64,000 nt of DNA from Podarcis muralis (Eukaryota). This document shows, piece by piece, positions 37,512 to 48,583 of the stretch; the stretch's first letter is position 1; each line of letters starts with the position of its first letter. The translations under genes and the position numbers were made by a program. The DNA lies in contig NC_135660.1 in NCBI RefSeq assembly GCF_964188315.1, forward strand, positions 84,754,001 to 84,818,000. Reading direction: 5' to 3'. The notes under the pieces are model-generated. The model was not told the DNA's origin, searched no databases, and was given only the letters and a program-made list of their open reading frames with translations.

Positions 37512-37723
37512 GAAAGATCTTGGTCCACTGCATTCTAGGCAGAAGCAGATCAGCAGCCCTGGTTCTGGCTTACCTCATGATCTGTCAGAATTTCTCCCTG
37601 GCTGACGCCGTCAGAAAGGTCCTGCAGAATCGAGCCATCTCCCCGAACCGAGGGTTCCTGAAACAGCTGCAAGACTTAGATCTGGAGCTACGGTACAAGA
37701 TCAGGCTGTGTCAGCTTCTGTAA
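37512..37723 (+). CDS. Third DUSP paralog, coding exon 3 (HCILGRSRS; ends RYKIRLCQLL*)
   Basis: Acceptor CTCCGTTCCAG; GKILVHCILGRSRSAALVLAYLM...[11 protein letters not shown]...CQLL*; spliced CDS 609 nt (202 aa from 29020). Confidence 0.93.
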
Positions 37724-38146
37724 CGTGAAGAAGAAAGCAAAACGGCAAAGTGACAACATCTGACAGAGAACTCGGTTTCCGCTGCCAATCTCAGCAATTA
37801 AGCTTGAGGCTGCGTTATTAATCTTGACAGGAATTTTGAATGCTTAGTTTGGGAGCGGACCTTGACATCTAGAACATCTAGATGCTGGTTAGGTGCTTGA
37901 ATTTTCTGGATCTCTTTAAGGGAGATTGAATTTGAAGCTTATAAGATTGAGAAGGGGCCACAGTGCCCCCATAGAGCATCTCACATGCAGCTTTCAAAGT
38001 GCTTTCAGATTTTTCAGAGCGCTCACATATAGCATCTCACTAATCCTGGCTTACCACAACTTTGCAAAGATAAGTCATTATATTTAGACAGAAATGTATA
38101 AGATTCAGGTGGTGGTCGTGGTGGTCTGACGCAGTCGAAATATATA

Positions 38147-38387
38147 CACTGGTACCTTGGGTTAAGTACTTAATTTGTTCCGGAGGCCCGTTCTTAAGCT
38201 GAAACTGTTCTTAACCTGAAGCACCACTTTAGCTAATGGGGCCTCCTGCTGCCGCTGCGCCACCAGAGCACGATTTCTGTTCTCATCCTGAGCAAAGTTC
38301 TTAACCCGAGGTACTATTTCTGGGTTAGCGGAGTCTGTAACCTGAAGCATATGTAACCTGAAGTGTATGTAACCCGAGGTACCACTG
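38147..38387. mobile_element. Tigger-like MITE
   Basis: TIR and TA TSD. Confidence 0.82.
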
Positions 38388-38624
38388 TATACAAATTAAA
38401 AAATAAAAAATTGTCCAGTAGCACCTTAGAGACCAACTAAACTTGTTCTTGGTATAAGCTTTCATGTTGCTACTGAACAATTTTTTTAATGTATAAGATT
38501 GTACAAGTAAGGAGCTTTTTGAACCCTAACTGCTGGAAAGCCCTTTGCGCTGAATTAATAGTTATCTAAAGAACGGGAATGCATTTAGATCTCAAATTGT
38601 AATGTGTTACTGGGGATGGATTTT

Positions 38625-39000
38625 TTTTTAATGGACAAAATTATAATCATAAATAAATAACAGTAAAAATGTGCACCCCACCACCGAGACCGTTGTAACT
38701 ATCCAACCTCCCAAAATTTCAACACCTCTTGCGGTGGTTTTACCGCCTTTCCGTTTTAACAGTACAAATTCTACAAACACCTTCCAGATCTCCTCAAAAT
38801 CATTTCTCCTGTGTATTCCCCATCTTACCTTAATGGCACATGTTAATTTATCATTAATAGCAATATCCCACACCTCTTTATACCATTCTTCCATTTTATA
38901 TTCTCCTTGCCCCTTCCACTTCCTAGCTATCATAATTCGTGCAGCTGTCAATAAATTTGTGAGCAAGTTCTTCACAGCCTGTGAACCTTCCACCCCATCG
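38625..39000 (-). mobile_element. L1-type ORF2 3' fragment
   Basis: LLTAARIMIARKWKG...EEWYKEVWDIAIND. Confidence 0.8.
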
Positions 39001-39321
39001 TAAATTGATAATAATGCTACCTCTGGACTTTCGTCCAGCTTTCACCCAGTGATTTCTGTTATCTCCTTAAACACTTTTTTGCAATTTTTTTTTTAATGTA
39101 CATATTTACATCCCTACCACACGTGAACATAGTGCCCGGTTTCCTGGCATCCCCTCCAACACAACACTGAATATTCCTTGTCTATTTGATTTAATCTGAC
39201 TGGTGTTAAATACCGGGTGTGGGTAGATTTCTGTGGAAATACAGGGCTGGTCCTTCCATGAGGTAGTGAGGTGGCCACCCACCTCAGGTGGCATCAGTAA
39301 GATGACAGAGCTGCGAGTGTC

Positions 39322-39950
39322 ATGCAGCCTGCGTTGTGCCACCAAAGGCTAGGCACACATTCGTGGCTTAAAAGGCAGCGAGTTCATTTCCCCCTACTGC
39401 ATTTCAAGTTGCATTTGCCCTTGCTGCAAACACACACAAGAGCGGACACGAAAGTTTTCATCCAAGGCACATTACCTGCCTGGTTTCGCTGTGCCTGGCA
39501 CTGTCCCCTGTCCCAGTTGCTCCAGGAACATATCTGGGAAGAAATGGCTGCTTTGGATGCCTTCCTTTTCTATCGCATCGAAAGGGAAATCCTTCTGGAT
39601 CAAGATAAGGGAATGTCAGGGAACGTGCTGAGGAGGGCTGCACTGAGGAGGAACGGTGGGAACCTCCCCCTGCTCCTGGATCTTCCCAGGAGCAAGAGGA
39701 CAGTATAGCTTTGGAACAGTGGTTTGCAGAGGGGCATAGTTCAGAAGGCAGAAGCTGGGAAATACTGGATGGGGAACAGCTAGGTGAAGAAATACGGGGA
39801 GAGAGAGGGTTAACAGATTCACTGTCTCTGGAAAGCATTCCTCCACTCTCCCCAAGGTCAAGAAGAGCTGAGAAAGTGGCAGAACAGAAAGCACACAAAG
39901 CACAGAGGGTACAAACTCAGATTTCAACATGTAGAAGTGACGTGGATTAA
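39322..39950 (+). other. Candidate frameshifted upstream coding exon, possibly the N-terminal extension of a long DUSP13B isoform
   Basis: Two overlapping open frames (39322-39708 and 39609-39950) in non-repeat-looking sequence, joinable by one indel. Confidence 0.4.
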
Positions 39951-40718
39951 TAATAAGGGAGGTGTGATCCTTAACTGGGAGCACCGCCACACTAGGAGAT
40001 GGGTTCTTTGTTCTCTCGCTGTGATTATTAAAGTTTCTAACTGGTAAGAAGACTCCTTTTCCTTTGTTCTGCTTATCTACTGCCACGGGAGGGAGGAAGC
40101 TGATTCCCTGAAGCCTTCTGGTTTGCAGGAGAAAGGAGCCTAAAGCGCAGTGGCATAAAGTTCTTTGCCCTATTGATCAAACACAGCTCCAGTTCATTCT
40201 TGTAGTTCTCCAGAGAACTTCCCACTGGGTTTGGCCATAAGTCTTTGGATTTTTTAAAATATCGGCAGGCATATAGGTGCCCTACATCTGTTGCACAGTG
40301 CAGTCAGATGCACACAACAACTGATGGTTGGCATTATAAATATCTTCTCTGTATCACTGTGGCCCAGAGAAGCTGGAACACTTCAAAACCACTACAGAAT
40401 TAGTAGTACCCCGGCATCCTCCTTTTACTACTGGCGCGAATAGCCATTGCCTAGGGAGAAGTTATCCTCTTTACTTTCAAGGCTAAAGGATCGTTTAACA
40501 TTCGTCAAAACGCCAGAAGCTATCGTGAGATGCTTCGTCTTGTCTGCCAGAGACTTTTCCCTGCCTGGATTTTTTCAGGCTGGGAAACTTTATTAACAAC
40601 TTTAATATTTAGTAAGCAGCGTTTATATGGCACCCAGAAACAGTGTTCTCCGGCTGGCTAACACTGATGAAACATTAAGATACTGTATAATAATAATCGC
40701 AGAACAATAAAAGCAATA

Positions 40719-40944
40719 CAGTGGTACCTCGGGTTACATACGCTTCAGGTTACAGACTCCGCTAACCCAGAAATAGTGCTTCAGGTTAAGAACTTTGCTT
40801 CAGGATGAGAACAGAAATTGTGCTCTGGCGGCGCGGCAGCAACAGGAGGCCCCATTAGCTAAAGTGGTGCTTCAGGTTAAGAACAGTTTCAGGTTAAGTA
40901 CGGACCTCCGGAACGAATTAAATACTTAACCCAAGGTACCACTG
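40719..40944. mobile_element. Tigger-like MITE
   Basis: TIR and TA TSD. Confidence 0.85.
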
Positions 40945-40986
40945 TAAACAAGTCCCATCATGAGCAAAACAGCAAATAGACATATA

Positions 40987-41150
40987 CCGTATTTTTCCGT
41001 CTATAAGACGCACTCATGTATAAGACGCCCCCTATTTTGGGGGACTCAGATTTAAGAAAATGGCCTCGGCACTACCTGTGTATAAGACACCCCCTAATTT
41101 TACATAATTTATTTGGGGGGAATCCTAGTCTTATACACAGAAAAATACGA
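40987..41150. mobile_element. Short Tc2/pogo-like MITE
   Basis: CCGTATTTTT...AAAAATACGA with TA flanks. Confidence 0.7.
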
Positions 41151-41507
41151 TATATTTGAGTCTATTGTTGTTTCCAGCTTTGGGAGACTTTATAATCCAA
41201 AAAGGATTTTGACAATGTCTGCCAGATCACCCCTGCCCTACAACCTGGCTGGCACTACTCAAAGAACTCTTTAAAAAGCAACAACAACACCCTGTTTATT
41301 TCTCTTTTACAAGCACTAGAGAACTCTTAAAAGATTTGCAAGAAGATAAGGGCAGATGACTTTGCTGCAGTGACATCTCTTGCCTGCTCTTTTGGAAATA
41401 CTTGGGTTTAAAAAACCCACAACGTTAAAGACCTGCTTTCTTGATAAGGTTTGTACGGAGGCCCCAGTCATCTCACGGACTATTGACCCATACACCACTA
41501 ATCCAGG

Positions 41508-41760
41508 GAGAGAGCCAGTGTGGTGTAGTGGTTAAAAGCAGTAGTCTCGTAATCTGGTGAACCGGGTTCGCGTCTCCGCTCCTCCACATGCAGCTGCTGG
41601 GTCACCTTGGGCCAGTCACACTTCTCTGAAGTCTCTCAGCCCCACTCACCTCACAGAGTGTTTGTTGTGGGGAAGGAAGGGAAAGAAGAATGTTAGCCGC
41701 TTTGAGACTCCTGAAAGGAGTGATAAAACAGGATATCAAATCCAAACTCTTCTCTTCTTC
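41508..41760 (+). mobile_element. tRNA-derived SINE (Squam3-like)
   Basis: As above, with a (CTT)n tail. Confidence 0.8.
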
Positions 41761-41820
41761 TAATCCGCTGCCACCAACCAGGTCTTCCCCAGTAAATCAC
41801 TTAGTCTCACTCAGGTTCTC

Positions 41821-42602
41821 ACAGATAGGTAGCCGTGTTGGTCTGCCATAGTCAAAACAAAAAAAATTCCTTCCAGTAGCACCTTAAAGACCAACTAAGT
41901 TAGTTCTTGGTATGAGCTTTCGTGTGCATGCACACTTCTTCAGATACACTGAAACAGAAGTTGCCAGATCCTTCTATATAGTGAGAAGGTGGGGAGGGGG
42001 AGCTGAAGGACACTGTTGCCATCAAATGCCATCAAATGCCAACAGTGTCCTTCAGCTCTCTATATTGGACAAACAGGCCAAACCTTACGCCAAAGAATAA
42101 ACGGACATAAATCTGACATCAAGAATCACAAGACAGAGAAACCAGTAGGAGAACACTTCAATCTCCCAGGACATTCTATACAAGATCTCAAAGTAGCTGT
42201 TTTACTACAAAGGAATTTCAGAAATAGACTGGAAAGAGAAGCTGCTGAATTGCAACTCATTACGGAACTTAAAACCATGGAGAAACCTGGTCTGAACAAA
42301 GACATTGGATTCTTATCTCATTATACATGACAAAGCCATTTTTCACCTTCTCACCCCTTGCTTTTTCCTGTAAGACCTATTGCAGTCATTAAGAGTCGTC
42401 AACAGGCTCATCACAGCTATCTGCCAATCACCCATTCCCACCACCCTTCTGAGTAATACCCCTCCCCACCTTCTCACTATATAGAAGGATCTGGCAACTT
42501 CTGTTTCAGTGTATCTGAAGAAGTGTGCATGCACACGAAAGCTCATACCAAGAACTAACTTAGTTGGTCTTTAAGGTGCTACTGGAAGGAATTTTTTTTG
42601 TT
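41821..42602 (+). mobile_element. Penelope-like element (GIY-YIG C-terminus) with an inverted terminal repeat
   Basis: CQQCPSALYIGQTGQTLRQRINGHKSDI...HFNLPGHS...GLN; perfect ~143-bp inverted repeat at 41857-41999 and 42459-42602. Confidence 0.9.
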
Positions 42603-44398
42603 CAGGTTCTCACGTTAACAAAGAAGAGTGTAGTTTATTTTAGACACAAACTTTACCTGCATTCCAAACATTGTTACTCTTTACCTTCATAGTCTTATTT
42701 TATCCTGTCTCTGTCTCTTCTACCTCCCCTCACACAAGAACCCACTGCCCTAACTGTCTCTCTATTTCCAACTGCCTGCCAACTGCTTTTCCAACTGCCC
42801 TTCCCAACCAACCAACCAACCCACTAAAACCAACCAACTACCCACCACCAACTCTAACAAAACCTCAGTCTAAGCCCTTTTATAAACAGGTAGGCTCCGC
42901 CTTTGGCTTTCCTATTTTCTACATTTTTAACCCTTTCTCTCTCCCCTGTTCAAACATTTTCAAATGAATGGGCAAACGCCACAGCCTTCTCGCTGATTAA
43001 AAAGTTTTAAAATCAATCCATTTGATCAAAATAGCATTGCACTAAAAAAAGAGAGAAAAGTGAATGAACAATGAGTATGATGAGAACCCGTGGCTTTTAA
43101 AGCTGCCTGCCAATTCTGTGTCTGAGTCATGCTTTCTCTGCCCATGAACTGTTCACAATTTCCCTGCCCCACCACCCAAGCCATGCTCTCCCTCCACCAC
43201 ACCCATGTATTTGCCAGCTCTGTGGTGGCCTCCAAGCAAACACGATACGCCAGTTTCCAGTGTGTTTGGCCATCTGAGTCATTTGCAGTGCCTGCCATTA
43301 GTCACCTTTAGATAGGCATGGGTGGGGATGTAGTCATTCAGCACACATAGGCTGCAGCAAAGAGTAAAGTCTAGGAAATAGAAGGGAGATTAGGGTGGAT
43401 CTGGCACCCATCTTAACACCCTAAATCCATGACATTATATAGTGTTAAGGATAGGAAACACAGAGAGAGAGATACAGAAAAATAATCTGAAGTCATATTT
43501 CATTTAGTCCATACGGTTAAACAGTAAACACAGAAGTTTTATAGTGGTCCAATTAAATCTACGAATCCACAGAATGGGCTTCACAGCAAATGAAAGTTCA
43601 AGAATCTACGATTATGACCAGGACCCACAGAATTCTATCTTTAGTCGGGTACCGTAATTCTAATTTTCAGAACTCTGTTGATCTTACCTACATATTAACA
43701 ATGAACAGGGACACTGAACAAGGAAGGCCATGCTATCAGTGTTGAAATTGGGGAATTATCGTCGTATGAGAGAGCAGCCATTTCGGTTATTGCTTCCTCT
43801 CATTTCTTATGCGGTTGCAGAGCAACATCTAGTGGCCAAAATGCAATCTCTAGCATCTGTTCTCCACGGCTGCCTTGTAAAATGAAATATTTTTAGGCAA
43901 TGACAAGGCATTGGCAAAGCCTTATGGGATGGAGGGGAGGGGGCAGAGAGAAGAGGCTGTCAAATTTGAGATGGTCTCGAACAGCTCAGCGCATGATGCA
44001 GTAAGTCTGTCTCCTTTAAGAGTGTGGACTGGGGGACCTGGTTTAAATCTCTAGTCAATTAGGCAATATTTAGGGAAAGCCACTTTCTCCCTGCCTCAGC
44101 CCCTCTTCAGGGGCATGGGGATATTTGTATTGGCCTAATTTACCATTCTGATAAGTACCCTTACCACATGCTTTCGATCAGTCCAGGCCAAGTAGTTTGA
44201 CTTCAATGTGCTCAACCATAAGTGACTTGCCAGGAGAACATAGGTCGGGATGGCCTCATGCAGGAGGAAAATTTTATCACTGCAGACCAGGGGTTGGCTT
44301 GTTAAAGATTCACACTCTTCAGGCAGTGGGTCATGCTTAGGAAGACTAGACTGGCAAGCTGCTTCCTTGAAGCTCACTCGAGTGACAACTTTCCTCAA

Positions 44399-44755
44399 GG
44401 GATGCAGGTGGCACTGTGGGTTAAACCACAGAGCCTAGGACTTGCCGATCAGAAGGTCGGCGGTTTGAATCCCCGCGATGAGGTGAGCTCCCGTTGCTCA
44501 GTCCCTGCTCCTGCCAACCTAGCAGTTCGAAAGCATGTCAAAGTACAAGTAGATAAATAGGTACCGCTCCAGCAGGAAGGTAAACGGCGTTTCCGTGCGC
44601 TGCTCTGGTTCGCCAGAAGCGGCTTAGTCATGCTGGCCACATGACCCGGAAGCTGTACGCCGGCTCCCTCGGCCAGTAAAGAGAGATGAGCACCGCAACC
44701 CCAGAGTCGTCTGCGACTGGACCTAACAGTCAGGGATTCCTTTACCTTTACTTTT
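44399..44755 (+). mobile_element. Sauria SINE (left member of an inverted pair)
   Basis: Full head to tail. Confidence 0.88.
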
Positions 44756-44778
44756 ACTAGATAAGTTTAAAAAAAAAA

Positions 44779-45150
44779 AGGGTAAAGGACTCCTGGATGG
44801 TTAAGTCCAGTCCAAGGCGACTATGGGGTTGTGGCGCTCATCTCGCTTTCAGGCCAAGGGAGCCGGCATTTGTCCACAGACAGCTTTCCAGGTCATGTGG
44901 CCAGCAGGACTAAACCGCTTCTGACACAACGGGACACCGTGACGGACACCAGAGTGCACACAAATGCTTTTTACCTTCCTGCCGCAGCGGTACCTATTTA
45001 TCTACTTGCACTGGCGTGCTTTCAAACTGCTAGGTTGGCAGGAGCTGGGACCGAACAACGGGAGCTCACCCCGTCGCAGGAATTCAAACCGCCAACCTTC
45101 TGATCAGCAAGCCCAAGAGGCTCAGTGGTTTAGACCACAGCGCCACCAGC
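44779..45150 (-). mobile_element. Sauria SINE (right member of an inverted pair)
   Basis: Full element in reverse orientation. Confidence 0.88.
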
Positions 45151-45954
45151 ATCCTACATGTTATGGGTGGATCACATCATTTGGTAGGTACGCACACTTG
45201 AGACAAGACGCATAAACGCATGCACACAAATCATACTGCAAAAGGTAATCTGGCGTCAGCGATCCACTTTTTCTGCTCACCAGGGCTGTTAATAGCCTTT
45301 GTATTTTAGTAGCAGTGCAGAAGGCCATTTTGCAAGGAGCTCTCTTTTAACCTTCTGCAATGCCACGAAATACTTGTTGAAATTATTTTGCTAACTCAAT
45401 AGGATGCTGAGAGGCTGGCCCAATCCTGCTCTGTCTATGGATAGGAAGCCCTGGGGAGCACCTCTGCCACAAGCCGCATCCCGTGTTGAATTTTCATAAT
45501 CTTCAGTCGCCTGCAGCTGGTGTAATCTCACCCTGAAACTCCTGCAGTTACCCAGAAGGTATTCTTTCCCTCTTTCTCTTCCAATTACAGGATGCAAAGC
45601 GGCCCACGCTGCTTGAAGCGAGGCTTAAAACCGCAAGCACTTAAAATAACAGAGTATCAGCAACTTAATCCACAAGCTCGCAGAGGAGGCGCGCTGTTTA
45701 TCCCCGTGTTGGACGTCGGCGACTAAGAAAAGAAACAGAGCGAGGAGGAGGAGGAAGGCTAGGAACACATCAGTCACAGTGAACACAAGGAAGCACGGAA
45801 GAGAGTCCGAGGAACTTGCAGAAAGAAGACAGAATATTAAGTCACAAAGAGGTACAACGGTAACAAGAAGGGAGCTATGCCCACCACCTTGAAAGAGGCA
45901 GTGGTACACTCCCTCTCAAAGAGGTCCTCTCTGGAGCCAGAGGTTTTGGGAAAC

Positions 45955-46760
45955 TACCGTCCAGTCTCTAATATTGTTTTCATGGTTGTAGAAAGTCAGC
46001 TGCAGGTATGCTTGTAGAAGATCTAGGTCTCTTCCAGCCTGGTTTCAGGCCCAGTAATGGCCTTGGTCTCCCGGATTGATGATCTCTATCGGGAGAGAGA
46101 CAGGGGTGTGTGTGATCTTGTTGATTCTTCTTGCCCTCTCAAGAAGACACACCATTGACCATGGTGTTCCACTGGAGCGACTGCAGGAACTGGTAGTCCA
46201 TGGCACTTATTAAAACGGTTCTGCTCCTACCTGCATCGTCACTCCCAGGGGGTCATTGCTCGGCTCATGGCTTTTGGGCTGTGGGATCCCACAAAGGTCC
46301 ACTCTGTTTCCTATGCTATTTAATGTCTGTATCAGTGTTGGGAGCTGCCATCTGGGGATTTGAAGCATGGTGTCATCAGTATGCTGTTGATATGCAGGTC
46401 TCTCTCTCCATTTCAATGGAAACAGAAGAGGCTGTGAAAGTGTTGCACAGGTGCCTTGGGGCAGTGATGGAATGAACCGAGGACTCAATAAACAGAGGCT
46501 GAACCAAGATAGGGCAGAAGTGCTGTGAGTGGGTGGTTCATGTGTCTGAGAATTTAGGTGCACGTCCTACTCTGAGAGAGGTTATGCTCCCCTCGAAGAA
46601 TCCAGTTCATAATCTGGGAGCACACCTGGATTCAAACTTTTCACTTTTCTGTAATAGGAGTGCTTCATGGCCAACTTACGCCAGTTGGGTTCCTATTGAG
46701 GATATTCAGCGAGCCAACAGTGAAATGGGATTGAGGATTGGAGTGATCATTCTGTGATAA
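45955..46760 (+). mobile_element. Degenerate L2 RT fragment
   Basis: Frameshifted RT-like remnants (FQPGFRP, DTIDH, GIPQ-like, QYA-DMQ). Confidence 0.6.
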
Positions 46761-46800
46761 TTATGGCAGTGGACAAAGCTATATTGTAACTTTTGAATAT

Positions 46801-46859
46801 TGTTGTTGTTTAGTCGTTTAGTCGTGTCCGACTCTTCGTGACCCCATGGACCAGAGCAC
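46801..46859 (-). mobile_element. BovB (RTE) extreme 3' end
   Basis: GTGCTCTGGTCCATGGGGTCACGAAGAGTCGGACACGACTAAACGACTAAACAACAACA. Confidence 0.85.
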
Positions 46860-48583
46860 CTATTAGGCATTTCCATTCTCTTTTCTGTGCCAGGAGTTTT
46901 TTGTTTTTGATCAAAATTTTATAATTTCGTTTATCTTCAAACCAGCCCGTGGGGAGTTGGGGTAAATTGGCAGATCTATAATTCTTGTATTTTTTCAGTA
47001 AGTTTAGCTTCATGTCCTGACATTCTTGATCAAACCAGGGTTTGGAGTTTTTATATACTGAGGATTGCCTACTTGGCCTGTTCCTTTTTTCCTTCAGGGA
47101 ATCTTGAAGGAGTGAAATTAACTCCTGAAATAAATTTATCTTTAATTCATGGCTTGAGGAAGTTATAAGGTTTTCTCTCTTAGTGAGGAATTCCTTTGAG
47201 CATAGCCTACTTGAAATTTCCTTATGCAGTTCATCTGTCCATCTGATACGCGAATATCTGAGCTCCAGAGCTGTAGGGCTCGAATGCTCGATTTTCTCAG
47301 CGCAGGATAAATCCTTTCCCGCAGCTACGAGTGCACTTAATGGCAGATGGTCACTGTCTAAGCGCTCCTCCACTTTGCATTCCAGAACTTTGTTTTGAAG
47401 ATCATACGACACGATTATATAGTCAATTGTGGAGGCGCCATTGTTAGATATAAATGTGAATTCTCCGACCTTCTCCCCCTCTGTACGGCCATTTAGTATA
47501 ACCAAGTCCAACTTGTTGACCAAGTGTAATAGGCATAAGCCGGCATAATTGCAGCCTTTATCCTTTGAGATTCTAGCTGGTATTGGGTGGGTTTCCTCTA
47601 TAATGGGGACTGTTTCGTGGAAATGGGCATACAAAGCCTCATCAGATTGTCCAGTTCTGGCATTTAGGTCGCCTGCCACCACTACAGAGGCATCAGGAAA
47701 TTGATTTAATAGTTTGTCGAGATACTGTTCTAACTGAGCCCAAGTATTTCTTATCAATCTTTTCTCTCTTTGTGGGGGTAGGTATACGTTAATCAGCAGC
47801 AAGCTGTGGGTTCTCCACTGTACTTGCACAGCTGTGGCCAGATGGTCTAGTGGGTCTAGTTTTTTAAATATGGCCCTTAGCCTTGTTGAGATTAAAGTAA
47901 CTAACCCACCTTTAACTCGCCCCCCTCTAGTACTTAAAAGACCTGGGAGGGAGAACGCAGAAAAACCATTTAACTCCACTTCACTTGTGCTCCAGGTCTC
48001 CTGGAGAAACACAATGTCATGTCTCTGGATATATTTAACAAAGGATTGGTCAGAAACCCTCTTTTGCCAACCTGCAATATTCCAAGTTAGCAAGGCAAGG
48101 TTGCACGTTGTCTTGCCAAAAATTGATCTTAGTCAATTTGCCTTTGAAAGATTTTTTGGGCCTATCTTTTTATCTGTTGGTTGGATTTCATTCATTTTGG
48201 CAATATCCATAGATGTATTATCGCCCAGGTACTCAATGGAATCAGTTGAAGGGTGCAGCGTGCTAACATTAGTGATCAGTACTCCTTTTTTTGGCGAATC
48301 TACCTTGAGGTGTTCTATTTGACTGATACCAAGTTCATCCTCATCCAGGTATCTCATGCTGGTCCAAGAGCGCGTTGTGGTTGTCATAGGGATGGTTTCC
48401 TTCTTAGATGGTAGATTGTTGCTGTCCCTTACGCACTGTGTTAGATCTGTTGCTGTCAGGTTTATCTCTGCAGCTGCAGAGGTATTATAAGGGTAGTCTT
48501 TCATGGTTGCCATAAGGATGGTTTCCTTCTTAGATGGTAGTTTATCCCTTGCGCACTGTGTTAGATCTGTTGTTAACAGGTTT
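46860..48583 (-). mobile_element. Non-LTR retrotransposon internal segment (ORF1 C-terminus plus intact APE endonuclease, no RT) inserted within BovB; clade not assigned
   Basis: APE motifs WNIAG, FLQETW, NVYLP, GDLNARTG, TIDY and SDHLP in a stop-free frame of more than 420 codons. Confidence 0.88.

Noticed and set aside
3388-37723. Functional coupling between the lipid enzyme SAMD8 and the putatively membrane-bound DUSP
   Set aside because: SAMD8-DUSP13 adjacency is ordinary conserved synteny; gene order gives no evidence of a shared pathway
39580-39610. Programmed -1 ribosomal frameshift (GGGAAAT) joining the two frames of the candidate exon
   Set aside because: The heptamer is not in the X XXY YYZ register, and TAA at 39606 blocks the -1 frame
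46810-48093. 427-aa ORF as a host or domesticated gene
   Set aside because: It is an APE domain of a retrotransposon fragment embedded in BovB, with no AUG, promoter or exon evidence
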